Part shown: positions 54,201 through 63,130 of the stretch, piece by piece
Position numbering within the stretch: the stretch's first letter is position 1
Layout of the letters: each line of letters begins with the position of its first letter
Position numbers and translations under genes: made by a program
Source: Octopus bimaculoides
Taxonomy: Eukaryota
Direction: 5' to 3'
Assembly (NCBI RefSeq): GCF_001194135.2
Contig: NC_068981.1
Location: 55,508,450-55,572,449 of the forward strand
DNA length: 64,000 nt
Notes under the pieces: model-generated
Databases searched by the model: none
What the model was told of the DNA's origin: nothing
The model's input: the letters and a program-made list of their open reading frames with translations, nothing else

Positions 54201-57200
54201 ACTTTGCAAAATATTGTGTAGTGTGTATTTTTATGCATGTTTGTGTATAAGCATGGAATCTCTACGATGGGAGAAAACCATTTATTAGGATATATCAGAT
54301 ATTAGTTTATCAGGAACAGATGGTAAAAACTTAACTCCCATTTCGAGTTTAAAAAAACAAAAAAAGAACCACATGAATACTGAAGTATAAATAAAATGAA
54401 ATCTAAAATGAAATGCTTCTTTTATGTACATTGTCTAGTGCTGTACTAGTTTTGTTGTTGCATATTGAAAAACATCCAAGTAATGTATGTAAACAATGTC
54501 AAAAATCTTGTTTATATGCAGTATTGGTTTGTTTGTTTTTTTTTAGTGTAGTAAAAGTTGTGGTACTGGAACTCAAATAAGGCGGTCTTATTGCTTGGAT
54601 GACCGAAACAAACGACTCCCTGATACAGAATGTAATATTCAAAATAAAATATTCCGACAAATTTGTAACGATCACCGATGTGCAAGCTGGACATTTGGAG
54701 ATTGGAGTGGCGTAAGTTATCTCCCTTACTCAAATTTATTTTCTTTCTTTTTCTTTTCCTTTGCACTTCGACATTTCTCCTGCTTGTCTTTTGCAAAAAC
54801 ATGTACATCAAACCACTCTGTTGTTTCTCTTCTATTATAGATCTTAAAGCTTTGTTTGTTTATGTAATAGTGTGTGTTTGTATACATGTGCGTCTGAATG
54901 TAAATGTTTGACAGGAACGCATCTCAAAACGCAATTTTGCTAAATCTTATACTAATCCCAAATTCCTGATAAATTACTTCTTCATGACGATTTTATTTAC
55001 AATTACAATCATTTCTATTTTATACTACTAAAAGTCTTGAAGAAAAGCAAACTAATACGTTAATTGTAAAGTCACTTCCACAATACCTAATGAACAGTTA
55101 AGTTTCATGTCTAGGCTCCAAATTGTAGTATTATAAAACAATTTAATTAACAAAATGATCAGATATTTTGTCAAAATATTTGAAATAGAATTGTAATGCT
55201 ATTTAACCCTTTTAACTTATTGAGTTTTCTTGAAGACATCACCTGGGTCACTGATGGCTGCTCATGGGTAGATGTTGTTTACCTTGACTTTGCTAAAGCT
55301 TTTAATTCTGTGCCACACAAAAGACTTATGGCAAAACTGCTTATGAATTGTTTAGTTCACTTTTAAAATATATTTATTGTATTTTAATATGCTCTAACAA
55401 AATGATAACAATTGGTAATTGTGTTTGGTGAAAATGTATTTGATAAATATTTAATTTCTAAAATGATTGTGACTTAATTATTTGCTATTCTTTAGTGTAC
55501 AGCAACATGTGGTTTAGCCAAAAAGCACAGAGATGTCTGGTGTCAGAATGATGTTGACCAGAAGATCCCTGATGAATTTTGCCATAATGCTCATCGACCA
55601 AAGTCTTTCATTGAATGTAACCAAACTGAGTGTCCAGTATGGTCGTATGGACCATGGAGTGAGGTAAATATTCTATAATAAAAGTTATATAATTCTCAAG
55701 TTTATTTTTGAAAATTATTTTGCAAAATGTATCATATGCCTTTTCTAAGTGTAAAACCCAGTGTCAAAGATGAGTTTCTGATTCATAAAGTTCGAACAAC
55801 CAGAGACATCAAATATCTTGGCAAAGTCAGTGTAATCTGGTGATTTATTTGAAGCAATGTCATTTCAGTATATAAATTGAAAAAGAATAAAAGCCACTTA
55901 ATGATGTAAAGCTGAAGAAAAATTAATTATTCTATATTTCAACTTTAATTATACCTAATCTTATCCTGAAAAATTAAAATACAACACTAAAAGACATATG
56001 ATGCACATCAATTGCCAACACTTCATTGCGTTTGAATATCACAGCCCACACATTCACGCTGTGTATATATGTGCATCATAACAGCTTTGGTATTATTTAC
56101 AGCATATTGTTCATTTCAAATTTTTTAGTTTAAGATAAGTGTTTGTTAAACGCAAAATATTGAGAATTTGTTTTCTACAGCTTTACATGTTTCAGTAATT
56201 TCCTATTTAAATACCTTTAAAGATGGAAGCAATGTTCACACAATCAGTATGTCACTTAAACAATATTTTTCATATTCTTAATCCATTTTTCTTAATAGTT
56301 TGGTTTTGAAGAAGAGGTTGTGTCCATGGCTCTCTCAGCCCGTGTTTTCTCTACAGATAATCCAGTAACAGAAGTTCAAACTGAACATCAATTACATCAA
56401 TTTATCCTGTCAGATAGGGCCTATAGAGTCTCTGCTCTTTGCATTATATAATGCAGTTGTGTGTATATTCTTTTAACAATATAATTTTACTCTACACATT
56501 AATTTTGTTTATTTCCAGTGTCCAAAGACTTGTGGCATTAGTTGGAAAAAGAGAGCTGTGCAATGTCATACTGTAAACCATATATTAGTACAAGATGAAC
56601 TATGTCCTGTTCACCAGAAACCAGTTACCATGCAACAGTGTAGAATAACAGAGTGTCTAACACCAACTACAATTCCCCCTAGAAGCAACGTTAAACAAGA
56701 ATCTACATTAAAGTGGAGATTTGGTAGTTGGACAGAGGTAATCTATATTAATTTATTCCCATTTGCAAAACGGTAGTCATTTTTAGAACACATGAAATAA
56801 GTATCACCTCATAGACATGTTTCCTGCTCATTGATATTGATGAAATGATGTATCTGATTAGGCCTCCGTATATGGTATCCACTCAATGCGGAAACCACTA
56901 TGAAGTTACTCAACCTGCAAGAAATAGCACCCAAATCTCATTCATAACATACCCTACCAACTTAAAAGAAGATATTGTATTCTTAGACATACAATGCTTG
57001 CTTAGCGCAAACAGTATCACTTTCATTTTTTGCTTTTTCCATTTGTCTCAGACCATTTAACAATAAATTGATAAAGGATATTTAATATTGAATAAAGATT
57101 CTTTAACTGTGTTATATCAAAATAATCATATCCTGGTTGCCTGTGTGCATTTATTTTTGTGAAAACATACTTGTTTGAAAATGTATTTATAAGTTTTGTT

Positions 57201-59761
57201 TCTGAGGTTAAATAACTAAACCTGTAAATTTCAGTGTTCTGCCCAGTGTGGTGCTGAAGGTGATCGACAAAGATATGTCAGTTGTACTAATGACAAAGGA
57301 AACACCAGAGACGATGCCGAGTGTGGCCATCTCACAAAACCTACCACAGTTGAAAGATGTTTATCTAAACCTTGTGGTCAATGGCAAACTGGGCAGTGGG
57401 GAAAGGTTTGTTGAGATATTTTGATCATCTTTTCTATTTTGCAATTTCTCATATGATGTGCTAAAATTGGTCATAAATTGAAATTAAGTTAAATAACTGT
57501 ACAGACTAAGTAGATGAAAATGGTATCTTGAAAAGGCAATTTTTTTTTCAACATAAGGTCAAAGCGATCTGTTGATCAAATGTATCAAATATTCAAAATT
57601 GCAATACAGTGGTGTTGTACATTCATAACTTAATACAGGATTTAGTAATTTAAAAATAAAAAAAAACAAGCTCTAAAATAAAATAACCTGAATAAGCAGG
57701 AAATGCAATAAAATAGCTAAGATAAACTTATATAATCTATTTGGCAGAATCATTAAAACTCTCTGGGCTCTGGGATCAAATTTACCTTTTATCCTTTCTC
57801 GGTCAATAAAAGGTACCAATCTAGAGCAATGGATTGATGGAACTATTAAGAATATCAGACAGACATCTTATAGTATTTCTTTTGGTTCTTTACATTCTGT
57901 GTTCAAGTCCTACCATGGCCTACATGGGTGAGAGATTTAATCCATCCACTGGTTCAATACCACCACCTAGCCCTTTGAATGCTTTTAGCAGAGTTCATCC
58001 CATTGCAAACGTTTAGGCCAGGACTCCACTTTGAGGTTACTTTCCTCTCTCCTACCCATTTTGCTGGCCCTGTAAAGGATTATGGGCACTGCTTTCTCTC
58101 TGGATAATGTATAGCATAGTAGTGTACAATATAATATATGTGTGTGTGTGAGAAAGAGAGATAGGGAGAGGATGTATAGGAGAAAGAATGAGTGATTACA
58201 AATAAATACAATGTCATATTGAAAAATTTCCCTCTAAGATGTTAGTTTGAAATGGCTTGGTGGATGAGGTTTGGAAAACCAATTTTAGAAGATTCAAATG
58301 AACTGCACTTTTTTCTTTTTCTTTTTTTATTGCATCTCTAGGTAATTGTACCTTCCTTAATTTATATAACAAGAGGTTTTACTAGTGTCTTACTTCTAGG
58401 AATGTAAGCAGTAGCCAATCCAGCGAGATTAATCTCTTACTAAATATGGAACTGCAGTTAAATTATGGCTTGACATATTCCTGCAGTTGTATTTTATTAT
58501 TGTTAAATCAAAATAGATTATTCCAAATTTATTTGGTTGTTGCACTGTCAAATTCTATCATTTAACATATTTTCTGTTTATGATTTTTTTAATAATAGTT
58601 ATTCTTGTCATTGAAATACAATACATGACATTGTACTATTTCTATCTTCCAGTGTACTGTTAGCTGTGGAGAAGGAGTACAAACTCGTATAGTTGCTTGT
58701 ATACATCTTGATCATCAAGTTGAGGAGTTTAAATGTTTCAAAAACTGGAAACCAGTTGCAGTTCAAGCATGCCGACAACGAGAGTGTGAACTTCCATCAA
58801 GTGATTCTAGCAATTCATCTCATTGGAGAGTTGGCAAATGGAGTGGGGTTAGTATTGTTTCTATGATTCTCACAACTTGCTCGTTTTCAAGAGTTTTGTT
58901 TATATTACATGTAATGTTTTACCATTTGTCTTGTGATTTAAAATAAACCTTAGTCAACTAAATAGTTTTGGTCCTAACTATTGTTGCTCCCGGAATTTAT
59001 AATTCCATCTATTGATCTGTGCCTCTAGGATACAATTACCTAGAATCCATTTTTCTTTGATATCTTATCCGTCCAATGTTTACACAATGCAAAGCTTTCA
59101 GTATAATACAAACGTCTAACATAAGTGATGCAGCCATATGAAAAGAGATGTCTGTATTATTTAAGAAATATATAGTTCAAGGGAAGTAACTCTGATTTCC
59201 GTGGTGGTGCAAACTATAGACTTTATAACATTGCGAAATCGAGTAGCTTTTTCAATTAATTTATATTGCTAATGCCCAAAGGAAAATACTTAAATGCTGC
59301 ATCTCCCGATGTAAATGAAGTCATTTATATATGAATACATCTGATCACAAAAGATAAATGACCAGGGCTTCCAAGAGAAATGGCGTAACAAGACTACTTT
59401 TTGGTTTCAGAGATTGGTGTGTGGGGGTGGGGGAGAGTCATCTCAAAATCCAAGGCACTTCTTAGACTCTCTGGACAATGGACCTTTGTACAGGCCAACA
59501 CTCCCTTTTTCTATACTACTTAGAAGCCTTGAAAATGACTATTGCTCTTGTGTTCAGGATTAGTATTTGCCATTCTTTTATTCTTAACTGGTTGGAGTAT
59601 TAACTGACTTTAGATACATTTTGAGAAGCCAGTTCTCTGGTGCCTAGAAAACTGCCTTACAGTATTTGTTCTTTATATTCAGTGTTCAAGTCTCACTGCA
59701 GTTAACTTGGTTTTTCATCTCTCTGGGGTTGTTAAAATAATAAAAGTACTGTATGTGAGGG

Positions 59762-59795
<34 letters not shown>

Positions 59796-61412
59796 CCTCT
59801 CTCTCCTCTCTCCATCTCTCTCTTTCTCTCTCCACCTATCCGTCCCATTAACTCTGCATCTGTATGCTTTCGAATTTCTATTTTAGTGCTCCAGTACCTG
59901 TGGTTCAGGCTGGCAGCGTAGAAGAGTTGCTTGTAACTTTGAAGACCAAAGCCGTTGTAATGTTTTACGGAGACCTATTGAAAGGAAACCTTGCAACAGT
60001 GGCTATTGTCCTGGATGGACATATGGAAACTGGAATGAGGTAACTTTTTTTGGTTATATATTTCTAACAGCTTTGCTTCATATTGTCATATTTATAGTTA
60101 GGATAGTGGTAAGAAGTTCACTTCACAATTATGAGGTTTCAGGTTCAGTCCGACTGCATGGCATCTTGAGCAAGTGTATTCTACTACAACCCCGAGGCAA
60201 CCAGTACCTTGTTAGTGAATTTGATAGAGAGAAACTATGTGAATAGCCATTGTGTGTGTGTGTGTGTGTCTTCTCCCATCCATCCCATTTGACAATCAGT
60301 ATCAGTTGGTTTACATACCTGTAATTTTGTAGTTTCACAAGACAAACCAATAGAATAAATACCAGACTTACAAAACTAATTACTGGAGCCAAATTTTTCA
60401 ATGAAACCTTTTCAAAGTGGTGCTGCAGCACAGCCACAAGCCAGTGACTGAAACAGATAAAAGAATAAAAGACATTGTAAATTTATCTGTATGAAAATTT
60501 CTTCAATGAGTTCGATTCACTATATTATTTGTACTTATTTTATCAGTAAAATGAGGATTGACAAATCCAACTGTGGTAAGCTTTTTAGCTTTAACTCAAG
60601 AGCAAAAAAACTAAGTACCAAAAAATCATTTAATTGAATATTCTTCTCTGTTGCTCATTCTCACTTATCTTATTTTAGTGAATATTGATTTTTTTTTTAT
60701 ACTTTACACAAGATTCAAGTTGATATGTGACAGAAAATAGGGAATCATTTGGTGAAAGTGAAATTATGTAACATTTACAAGAAATTGAAATCAGACCACT
60801 ACTTTTATTCATTGGAAGTGTATCTCTTGTTCTACATTATTCATTATAATTTTATTTATAAAATTGCACAAGAATTATTACAAAGTTCAAGAAGCAAGGT
60901 TAATTAGAAGAAAACTACTATATAATTTCACTAGCTCTTTCTTTCATAAAAAGAACTGAATGGAATTAATAATAATGAGTATTTTGTTATATTTCACATT
61001 TTCTTTTAAATGTTTGTAACATATATATGATTGGTATGTATATATGTACCTGTGCATAAGTATGTGTTTGAGAATCAATATGCATACATGTGACCCAGAT
61101 TTAATTCAATATAGCTGTCTGTATGTATCTGTATTATTGTCAATACGTTTTACAAAAAAATGTTGACCTAGTAAGCTTATTTCATACTCAAACTAAAGCA
61201 AAGTTTCTTCTGAATGTTTATTCTTTAAATTCTAGTGTCCAGTAACTTGTGATTCAAATGCGTATCAGAAAAGAACAGTATTGTGTCAACTTCCAAATGG
61301 TCAAATGTTGCCAGATCCAAATTGTAACCTATACCAAAAACCTGCTGAAACAAGGCCCTGCCTTTCAACTTGCAATGAAGTATATGTATGGAATGTTGGA
61401 GCATGGGGTCCT
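8565..61412 (+). CDS. ADAMTS9: ADAMTS9/20/GON-1-like metalloprotease, partial gene span (26 coding exons; 5' and 3' ends outside window)
   Basis: Manually spliced exons give one 1227-codon open frame with consistent phases. Domain order is prodomain, RHKR, reprolysin (HELGHLFNLPHD), disintegrin-like, TSR1, Cys-rich, spacer, TSP1 array. The long TSP1 array and motifs [25 protein letters not shown] and [11 protein letters not shown] point to the ADAMTS9/20/GON-1 clade. The symbol means co-ortholog of vertebrate ADAMTS9 and ADAMTS20. Confidence 0.9.
9842..9892. repeat. (ATT)n microsatellite
   Basis: Direct reading. Confidence 0.95.
11297..12205 (+). mobile_element. Two partial tRNA-derived SINE copies (head 11297-11425; body and tail 11915-12205), family B
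   Basis: tRNA-like head (ggctgtatggttgagaag...gggttcagtc), central ttgtgagtggatttggtagacg and tail atgactgaaacaagt; homologous to 60102-60472. Confidence 0.75.
12597..12793 (-). mobile_element. SINE family A
   Basis: Shares core aactggtactta...ccc...gatgaaaggcaaagtcgacctc..ggaatttgaactcag with about 10 other copies in the window. Confidence 0.85.
15010..15224. mobile_element. hAT MITE (215 bp)
   Basis: Exact 8-bp TSD attctgtt (15002-15009, 15225-15232); imperfect TIR cagtggcagct / agccgccattg. Confidence 0.8.
15300..15850 (-). mobile_element. Possible highly degenerate RTE LINE fragment
   Basis: Minus-strand EEFCYL (cf. the xFCYLG motif downstream of RT); otherwise heavily decayed. Confidence 0.3.
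16706..16920 (-). mobile_element. SINE family A
   Basis: Same core as 12597-12793, with B-box-like head gagttcaaattcc on the minus strand. Confidence 0.85.
18307..19075 (+). mobile_element. 5'-truncated Hero-like RLE-type (restriction-like endonuclease) non-LTR retrotransposon, 769 bp, with 17-bp TSD
   Basis: [36 protein letters not shown] (degraded PD-(D/E)xK), [10 protein letters not shown] and [13 protein letters not shown], with frameshifts; stop at 18877-18879. TSD cttgttgctacaaattg at 18290-18306 and 19076-19092. Confidence 0.85.
18903..19014 (+). ncRNA. Candidate non-circularly permuted hammerhead ribozyme in the Hero-like 3' UTR
   Basis: GUU triplet 18954-56; stem I gagaga/tctctc directly followed by CUGAUGA (18991-97); stem II ggggcc/ggcccc directly followed by GAAA (18971-74); stem III tgccg/tggtg; 9-bp enclosing helix 18903-11/19006-14. 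Confidence 0.6.
22436..22712. mobile_element. Inverted pair of family A SINEs (minus 22436-22535, plus 22578-22712)
   Basis: Both carry the gtaccag core in opposite orientation, about 45-55 nt apart. Confidence 0.8.
22948..23153 (+). CDS. ADAMTS exon 2 (furin site RHKR, start of catalytic domain [32 protein letters not shown])
   Basis: ttttcag acceptor, gtaaga donor; phase 1 to 0. Confidence 0.95.
23632..23715 (+). CDS. ADAMTS exon 3 ([28 protein letters not shown])
   Basis: tttttcag acceptor, gtaagt donor; 84 nt, phase 0 to 0. Confidence 0.93.
24530..25085 (+). mobile_element. RTE (RTE-X-like) LINE 3' fragment
   Basis: [33 protein letters not shown] (cf. LYGSETW); ends tccaacccatgcaatcatggaaaa, the tail shared with SINEs. 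Confidence 0.7.
25688..25809 (+). CDS. ADAMTS exon 4 ([20 protein letters not shown]...[10 protein letters not shown])
   Basis: polyT..tag acceptor, gtatgt donor; phase 0 to 2. Confidence 0.95.
26830..27012 (+). mobile_element. SINE with RTE-type 3' tail (family C)
   Basis: aagtggtttgtgttaggaagggcattcag ... catggaaagcagaag..gatgatga; homologous to the minus copies at 44839 and 47697. Confidence 0.65.
27930..29800 (+). pseudogene. RTE-clade LINE reverse transcriptase, 5'-truncated, many stops and frameshifts
   Basis: [65 protein letters not shown] (YADD equivalent), LLYGAEAWT and RIPKILLY. Confidence 0.93.
31025..31395 (+). mobile_element. tRNA-headed SINE with RTE-type tail
   Basis: Family B-like head and body followed by ggaaaagtggacattaaaacaatgacgatgatg. 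Confidence 0.7.
31575..31615 (+). CDS. ADAMTS exon 5, 41-nt small exon ([15 protein letters not shown])
   Basis: ttttag acceptor, gtaagt donor; phase 2 to 1; supplies the two Cys between LLTR and LGLAELG. Confidence 0.92.
32523..32628 (+). CDS. ADAMTS exon 6 ([36 protein letters not shown]; HExxH)
   Basis: tag acceptor, gtaagt donor; phase 1 to 2; zinc-binding motif. Confidence 0.97.
33008..33140. repeat. (TA)n(CA)n compound microsatellite within a SINE-like element (about 32900-33450)
   Basis: Direct reading; the element ends in a duplicated catg..aaa.tggac/gacgttaaa tail. Confidence 0.85.
33454..33525. repeat. (TA)n microsatellite
   Basis: Direct reading. Confidence 0.95.
33865..34029 (+). 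CDS. ADAMTS exon 7 (FNLPHDD...HIMSPTL...WSDCS; third zinc His and Met-turn)
   Basis: cccag acceptor, gtatgt donor; phase 2 to 2. Confidence 0.96.
34481..34603. other. Assembly gap
   Basis: N run. Confidence 0.98.
35077..35239 (+). CDS. ADAMTS exon 8 ([11 protein letters not shown]...[16 protein letters not shown]; end of catalytic domain, disintegrin-like start)
   Basis: tttcag acceptor, gtgagt donor; phase 2 to 0. Confidence 0.94.
35700..35798 (+). CDS. ADAMTS exon 9 (FACSRLWC...[12 protein letters not shown])
   Basis: cattag acceptor, gtgatt donor; phase 0 to 0. Confidence 0.93.
35993..36135 (+). CDS. ADAMTS exon 10 (WCQNGVC...[32 protein letters not shown]; central TSR1)
   Basis: ttacag acceptor, gtaagt donor; phase 0 to 2. 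Confidence 0.96.
36871..37076 (+). repeat. Direct repeat copy 1 (about 207 bp, internal palindrome); copy 2 at 38382-38589
   Basis: Colinear, high-identity match to 38382-38589. Confidence 0.9.
37251..37314 (+). CDS. ADAMTS exon 11 ([21 protein letters not shown])
   Basis: tttgcag acceptor, gtaaaa donor; phase 2 to 0. Confidence 0.94.
37381..37950 (+). mobile_element. Three tandem family A SINE copies
   Basis: The core ttcaaatt..cc.aggt.aactttg.ctttcatc...aagtaccagt occurs three times head to tail. Confidence 0.85.
38382..38589 (+). repeat. Direct repeat copy 2 with perfect 14-bp hairpin (38505-38518 / 38523-38536)
   Basis: aaaaaagttgaagg-ctgc-ccttcaactttttt. Confidence 0.9.
38600..39320 (-). 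mobile_element. Degenerate RTE LINE endonuclease-region fragment
   Basis: Minus-strand STVFCSG (cf. YTFFWSG) and EMGFAI (cf. GVGFAI); decayed. Confidence 0.5.
39449..39563 (+). CDS. ADAMTS exon 12 ([19 protein letters not shown]...WVPKYSG; Cys-rich)
   Basis: ttag acceptor, gtaagt donor; phase 0 to 1. Confidence 0.94.
39662..39778 (+). mobile_element. Short 3' SINE/RTE-tail fragment
   Basis: gtccaacccatgctagcatggaaagcggacgttaaacgac(gat)n. Confidence 0.8.
40175..40370 (+). repeat. Direct repeat copy 1 (about 195 bp); copy 2 at 40703-40898
   Basis: Colinear, high-identity match bracketing exon 13. Confidence 0.9.
40422..40558 (+). CDS. ADAMTS exon 13 (CKLYCRA...[21 protein letters not shown])
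   Basis: tttgcag acceptor, gtaaac donor; phase 1 to 0. Confidence 0.95.
40703..40898 (+). repeat. Direct repeat copy 2
   Basis: Matches 40175-40370, including an identical run aaactagtttttattgtcttgtctgatgctgttttccaaaataagcttct. Confidence 0.9.
41763..41880 (+). CDS. ADAMTS exon 14 ([27 protein letters not shown])
   Basis: polyT-cag acceptor, gtaagt donor; phase 0 to 1. Confidence 0.96.
43123..43215 (+). CDS. ADAMTS exon 15 ([15 protein letters not shown]...ENYLA; spacer)
   Basis: tacag acceptor, gtatgt donor; phase 1 to 1. Confidence 0.95.
43954..44120 (+). CDS. ADAMTS exon 16 ([14 protein letters not shown]...VEYSGS; spacer)
   Basis: ttccag acceptor, gtaagt donor; phase 1 to 0. Confidence 0.95.
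44568..44694 (+). CDS. ADAMTS exon 17 (VLSVG...[18 protein letters not shown])
   Basis: ttctag acceptor, gtgaga donor; phase 0 to 1. Confidence 0.95.
44839..45020 (-). mobile_element. SINE family C (RTE-type tail)
   Basis: (cat)n ttaacgtccgttttccat ... gatgcccttcctaatgccaaccactttacag. Confidence 0.75.
45385..45573. mobile_element. Second, decayed copy of the piggyBac-type MITE
   Basis: ttaa-ccct ... aatgctaaaggg-tgaa; internal tcattctaaaaataaac and tgattaattcaaaac shared with 4367-4569. Confidence 0.75.
45947..46070 (+). CDS. ADAMTS exon 18 ([13 protein letters not shown]...VSDQRCD...CNMHCSIG; TSP1)
   Basis: ttaag acceptor, weak gtagat donor; phase 1 to 2 is required by the next exon. Confidence 0.9.
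47697..48050 (-). mobile_element. SINE family C
   Basis: Same tail and ggatgcccttctaatg..aaccactttacag block as 44839-45020. Confidence 0.75.
49375..49565 (+). mobile_element. SINE family A
   Basis: ttctgagttcaaattccaccaaggttgactttacctttgatcc..taagtacc core. Confidence 0.85.
50363..50455. repeat. (CA)n compound microsatellite
   Basis: Direct reading. Confidence 0.95.
51640..52480 (-). mobile_element. Degenerate CR1/L2/Jockey-group LINE RT fragment
   Basis: Minus-strand [18 protein letters not shown] (cf. KAFDRVWH..LL.KL..YG). Confidence 0.5.
53081..53288 (+). CDS. ADAMTS exon 19 ([16 protein letters not shown]...[17 protein letters not shown]; TSP1)
   Basis: polyT-gtag acceptor, gtaagt donor; phase 2 to 0. 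Confidence 0.94.
54547..54711 (+). CDS. ADAMTS exon 20 ([16 protein letters not shown]...WTFGDWSG; TSP1)
   Basis: polyT-ag acceptor, gtaagt donor; phase 0 to 0. Confidence 0.95.
55214..55339 (+). mobile_element. CR1-clade RT internal fragment
   Basis: [10 protein letters not shown]...[24 protein letters not shown]. Confidence 0.8.
55496..55663 (+). CDS. ADAMTS exon 21 ([17 protein letters not shown]...WSYGPWSE; TSP1)
   Basis: tttag acceptor, gtaaat donor; phase 0 to 0. Confidence 0.95.
56519..56737 (+). CDS. ADAMTS exon 22 ([16 protein letters not shown]...linker...KWRFGSWTE; TSP1 plus linker)
   Basis: ttccag acceptor, gtaatc donor; phase 0 to 0. Confidence 0.95.
57235..57405 (+). CDS. ADAMTS exon 23 ([17 protein letters not shown]...[11 protein letters not shown]; TSP1)
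   Basis: tttcag acceptor, gtttgt donor; phase 0 to 0. Confidence 0.94.
58653..58847 (+). CDS. ADAMTS exon 24 ([16 protein letters not shown]...HWRVGKWSG; TSP1 plus short linker)
   Basis: ttccag acceptor, gttagt donor; phase 0 to 0. Confidence 0.95.
59762..59835. repeat. (CT)n microsatellite near the exon 25 acceptor
   Basis: Direct reading. Confidence 0.9.
59887..60039 (+). CDS. ADAMTS exon 25 ([16 protein letters not shown]...[11 protein letters not shown]; TSP1)
   Basis: ttttag acceptor, gtaact donor; phase 0 to 0. Confidence 0.95.
60102..60472 (+). mobile_element. Near full-length tRNA-derived SINE family B
   Basis: A-box-like ggatagtggtaagaag, B-box-like ggttcagtcc, central (TG)n and tail gtgactgaaacagataaaagaataaaaga. 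Confidence 0.8.
61236..61412 (+). CDS. ADAMTS exon 26 ([18 protein letters not shown]...WNVGAWGP; TSP1)
   Basis: ttctag acceptor, gtgagt donor; phase 0 to 0; no further exon recognised before the window end. Confidence 0.94.
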
Positions 61413-62297
61413 GTGAGTAATCACAAATAAAAAAAAAAAAGAATTATATTTATTTTTCTAAATGCTATTTTTGTCTTGCCATCACATCACTTACTGTTCT
61501 TAAAAACAAATTGATCTGTTCACCTTTTGTTTTTGTTTTTTTAACACTCATAGTACAGAATTTCTCTCTCATATAACTTTTTACTCACAACTTTAAGTGA
61601 CTACAGTGTTCTACAGAGACTGGCTATAAGTTAAAACCTTGCTGCAACCATAGTGTGGTGCTTACTTGCAAAGTATATTTATCTGTTAGCTACTGTCTGC
61701 ACAGCTAACAACACATATAATTAAAGATTCTATGTAGTTACTTAACTTGGTGGAAATAGCAACCAAATCTCTCCTACCATATTACTATTGCATAATATAG
61801 TGATGAATACATTATATCTGAATAAGATGGGATAGTCATGGTCATTAATTATAAGTCTGCTCAATTAAAGTTGATTTGTGGGTAAACAACACTTGATACG
61901 ATACTTCTTGTATTTGTGGATTGTTGGTAGGGAGCAGACCTGTAAAAAATATTGTCTATGCTTATATGAAAGTGTGACTGTAAGACAGCGCGATGTGGAA
62001 ATAATAAGTAATGTTAATTAACAATAAATGCCTGGTGAAGCTAATTAGAGACACAGTTTCAATTCTTAACTGAAACATTTCTCTTTTATATTGTTACTAA
62101 CACCCATTTCCTCTTCCTTATAACTCTTATTTTCATGCCTGCTGGAAATGGTACAGAAAAACTACAGTGTTTTGAGAAGCCAATATTGGCGAAACTTCAA
62201 ATTCACCATTGATAATAAATATTATTTTGACTCTACAAGTAGTATTGAGTCCTTTATTCAGAGCATGTTTAGTGTACTGAAGTACACAAACCTATAA

Positions 62298-62344
<47 letters not shown>

Positions 62345-62449
62345 NNNNNNNNNNNNNNNNNNNNNNNNNNNNNNNNNNNNNNNNNNNNNNNNNNNNNNNN
62401 NNNNNNNNNNNNNNNNNNNNNNNNNNNNNNNNNNNNNNNNNNNNNNNNN
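62345..62449. other. Assembly gap within (TA)n
   Basis: N run flanked by (TA)n. Confidence 0.98.
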
Positions 62450-62485
<36 letters not shown>

Positions 62486-62949
62486 CATGCGCACACGCAC
62501 ACATACATGGTATAGAATTAGTTGTGTAGTTCAAGAAATTCACTTTACTGTTGGATAATTTCAGGTTCAATCTTACAATGCAGTACCTTGGACAAGAGTC
62601 TTCTATCACAACCTCAGGTTAATCTACACCTTATGAGTGAAACAGGGTAGACAGAAACTTCACAGAGCTCTATCTATTGTCTGGTTTAACACCACCTTTA
62701 AGTGCCTTTAATAGAATCCACTCCTTTTTGAGCATTTGGACGAATTCTCCAGTTTTAGGAAAAGTTGTTTTGATACCCTTCTCCCTGTAGCAACAACATA
62801 TATCTTAGTTTCTTCTTCTATTTCTTCTCACCAGTTGTATAAATGTCATAGGATTTGCCCTTCCACTTTCTCACTAAGTCATATAAAATACTTGTGAGTA
62901 TGTAAGTGTTGTGTATTATACCTCTGTGTGTGTGTGTACACATATTAGT

Positions 62950-63130
62950 TTCAAATTTTGGCACAATGCTAGCAATTTCAAGGGAGTGGGTAAGTCAATT
63001 ACATCAACCCTAGAGCTCAACTGGTGCTTATTTTGTCAACCCTGAAAGGATGAAAGGCAAAGTCGACCTTGGTGGAATTTGTACTCAGTACATAAAGACA
63101 GACGCTAACAATTCTGCCAGCTCACCACCT
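62950..63130 (-). mobile_element. SINE family A
   Basis: caactggtgcttattttgtcaaccctgaaaggatgaaaggcaaagtcgaccttggtggaattt core. Confidence 0.85.
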
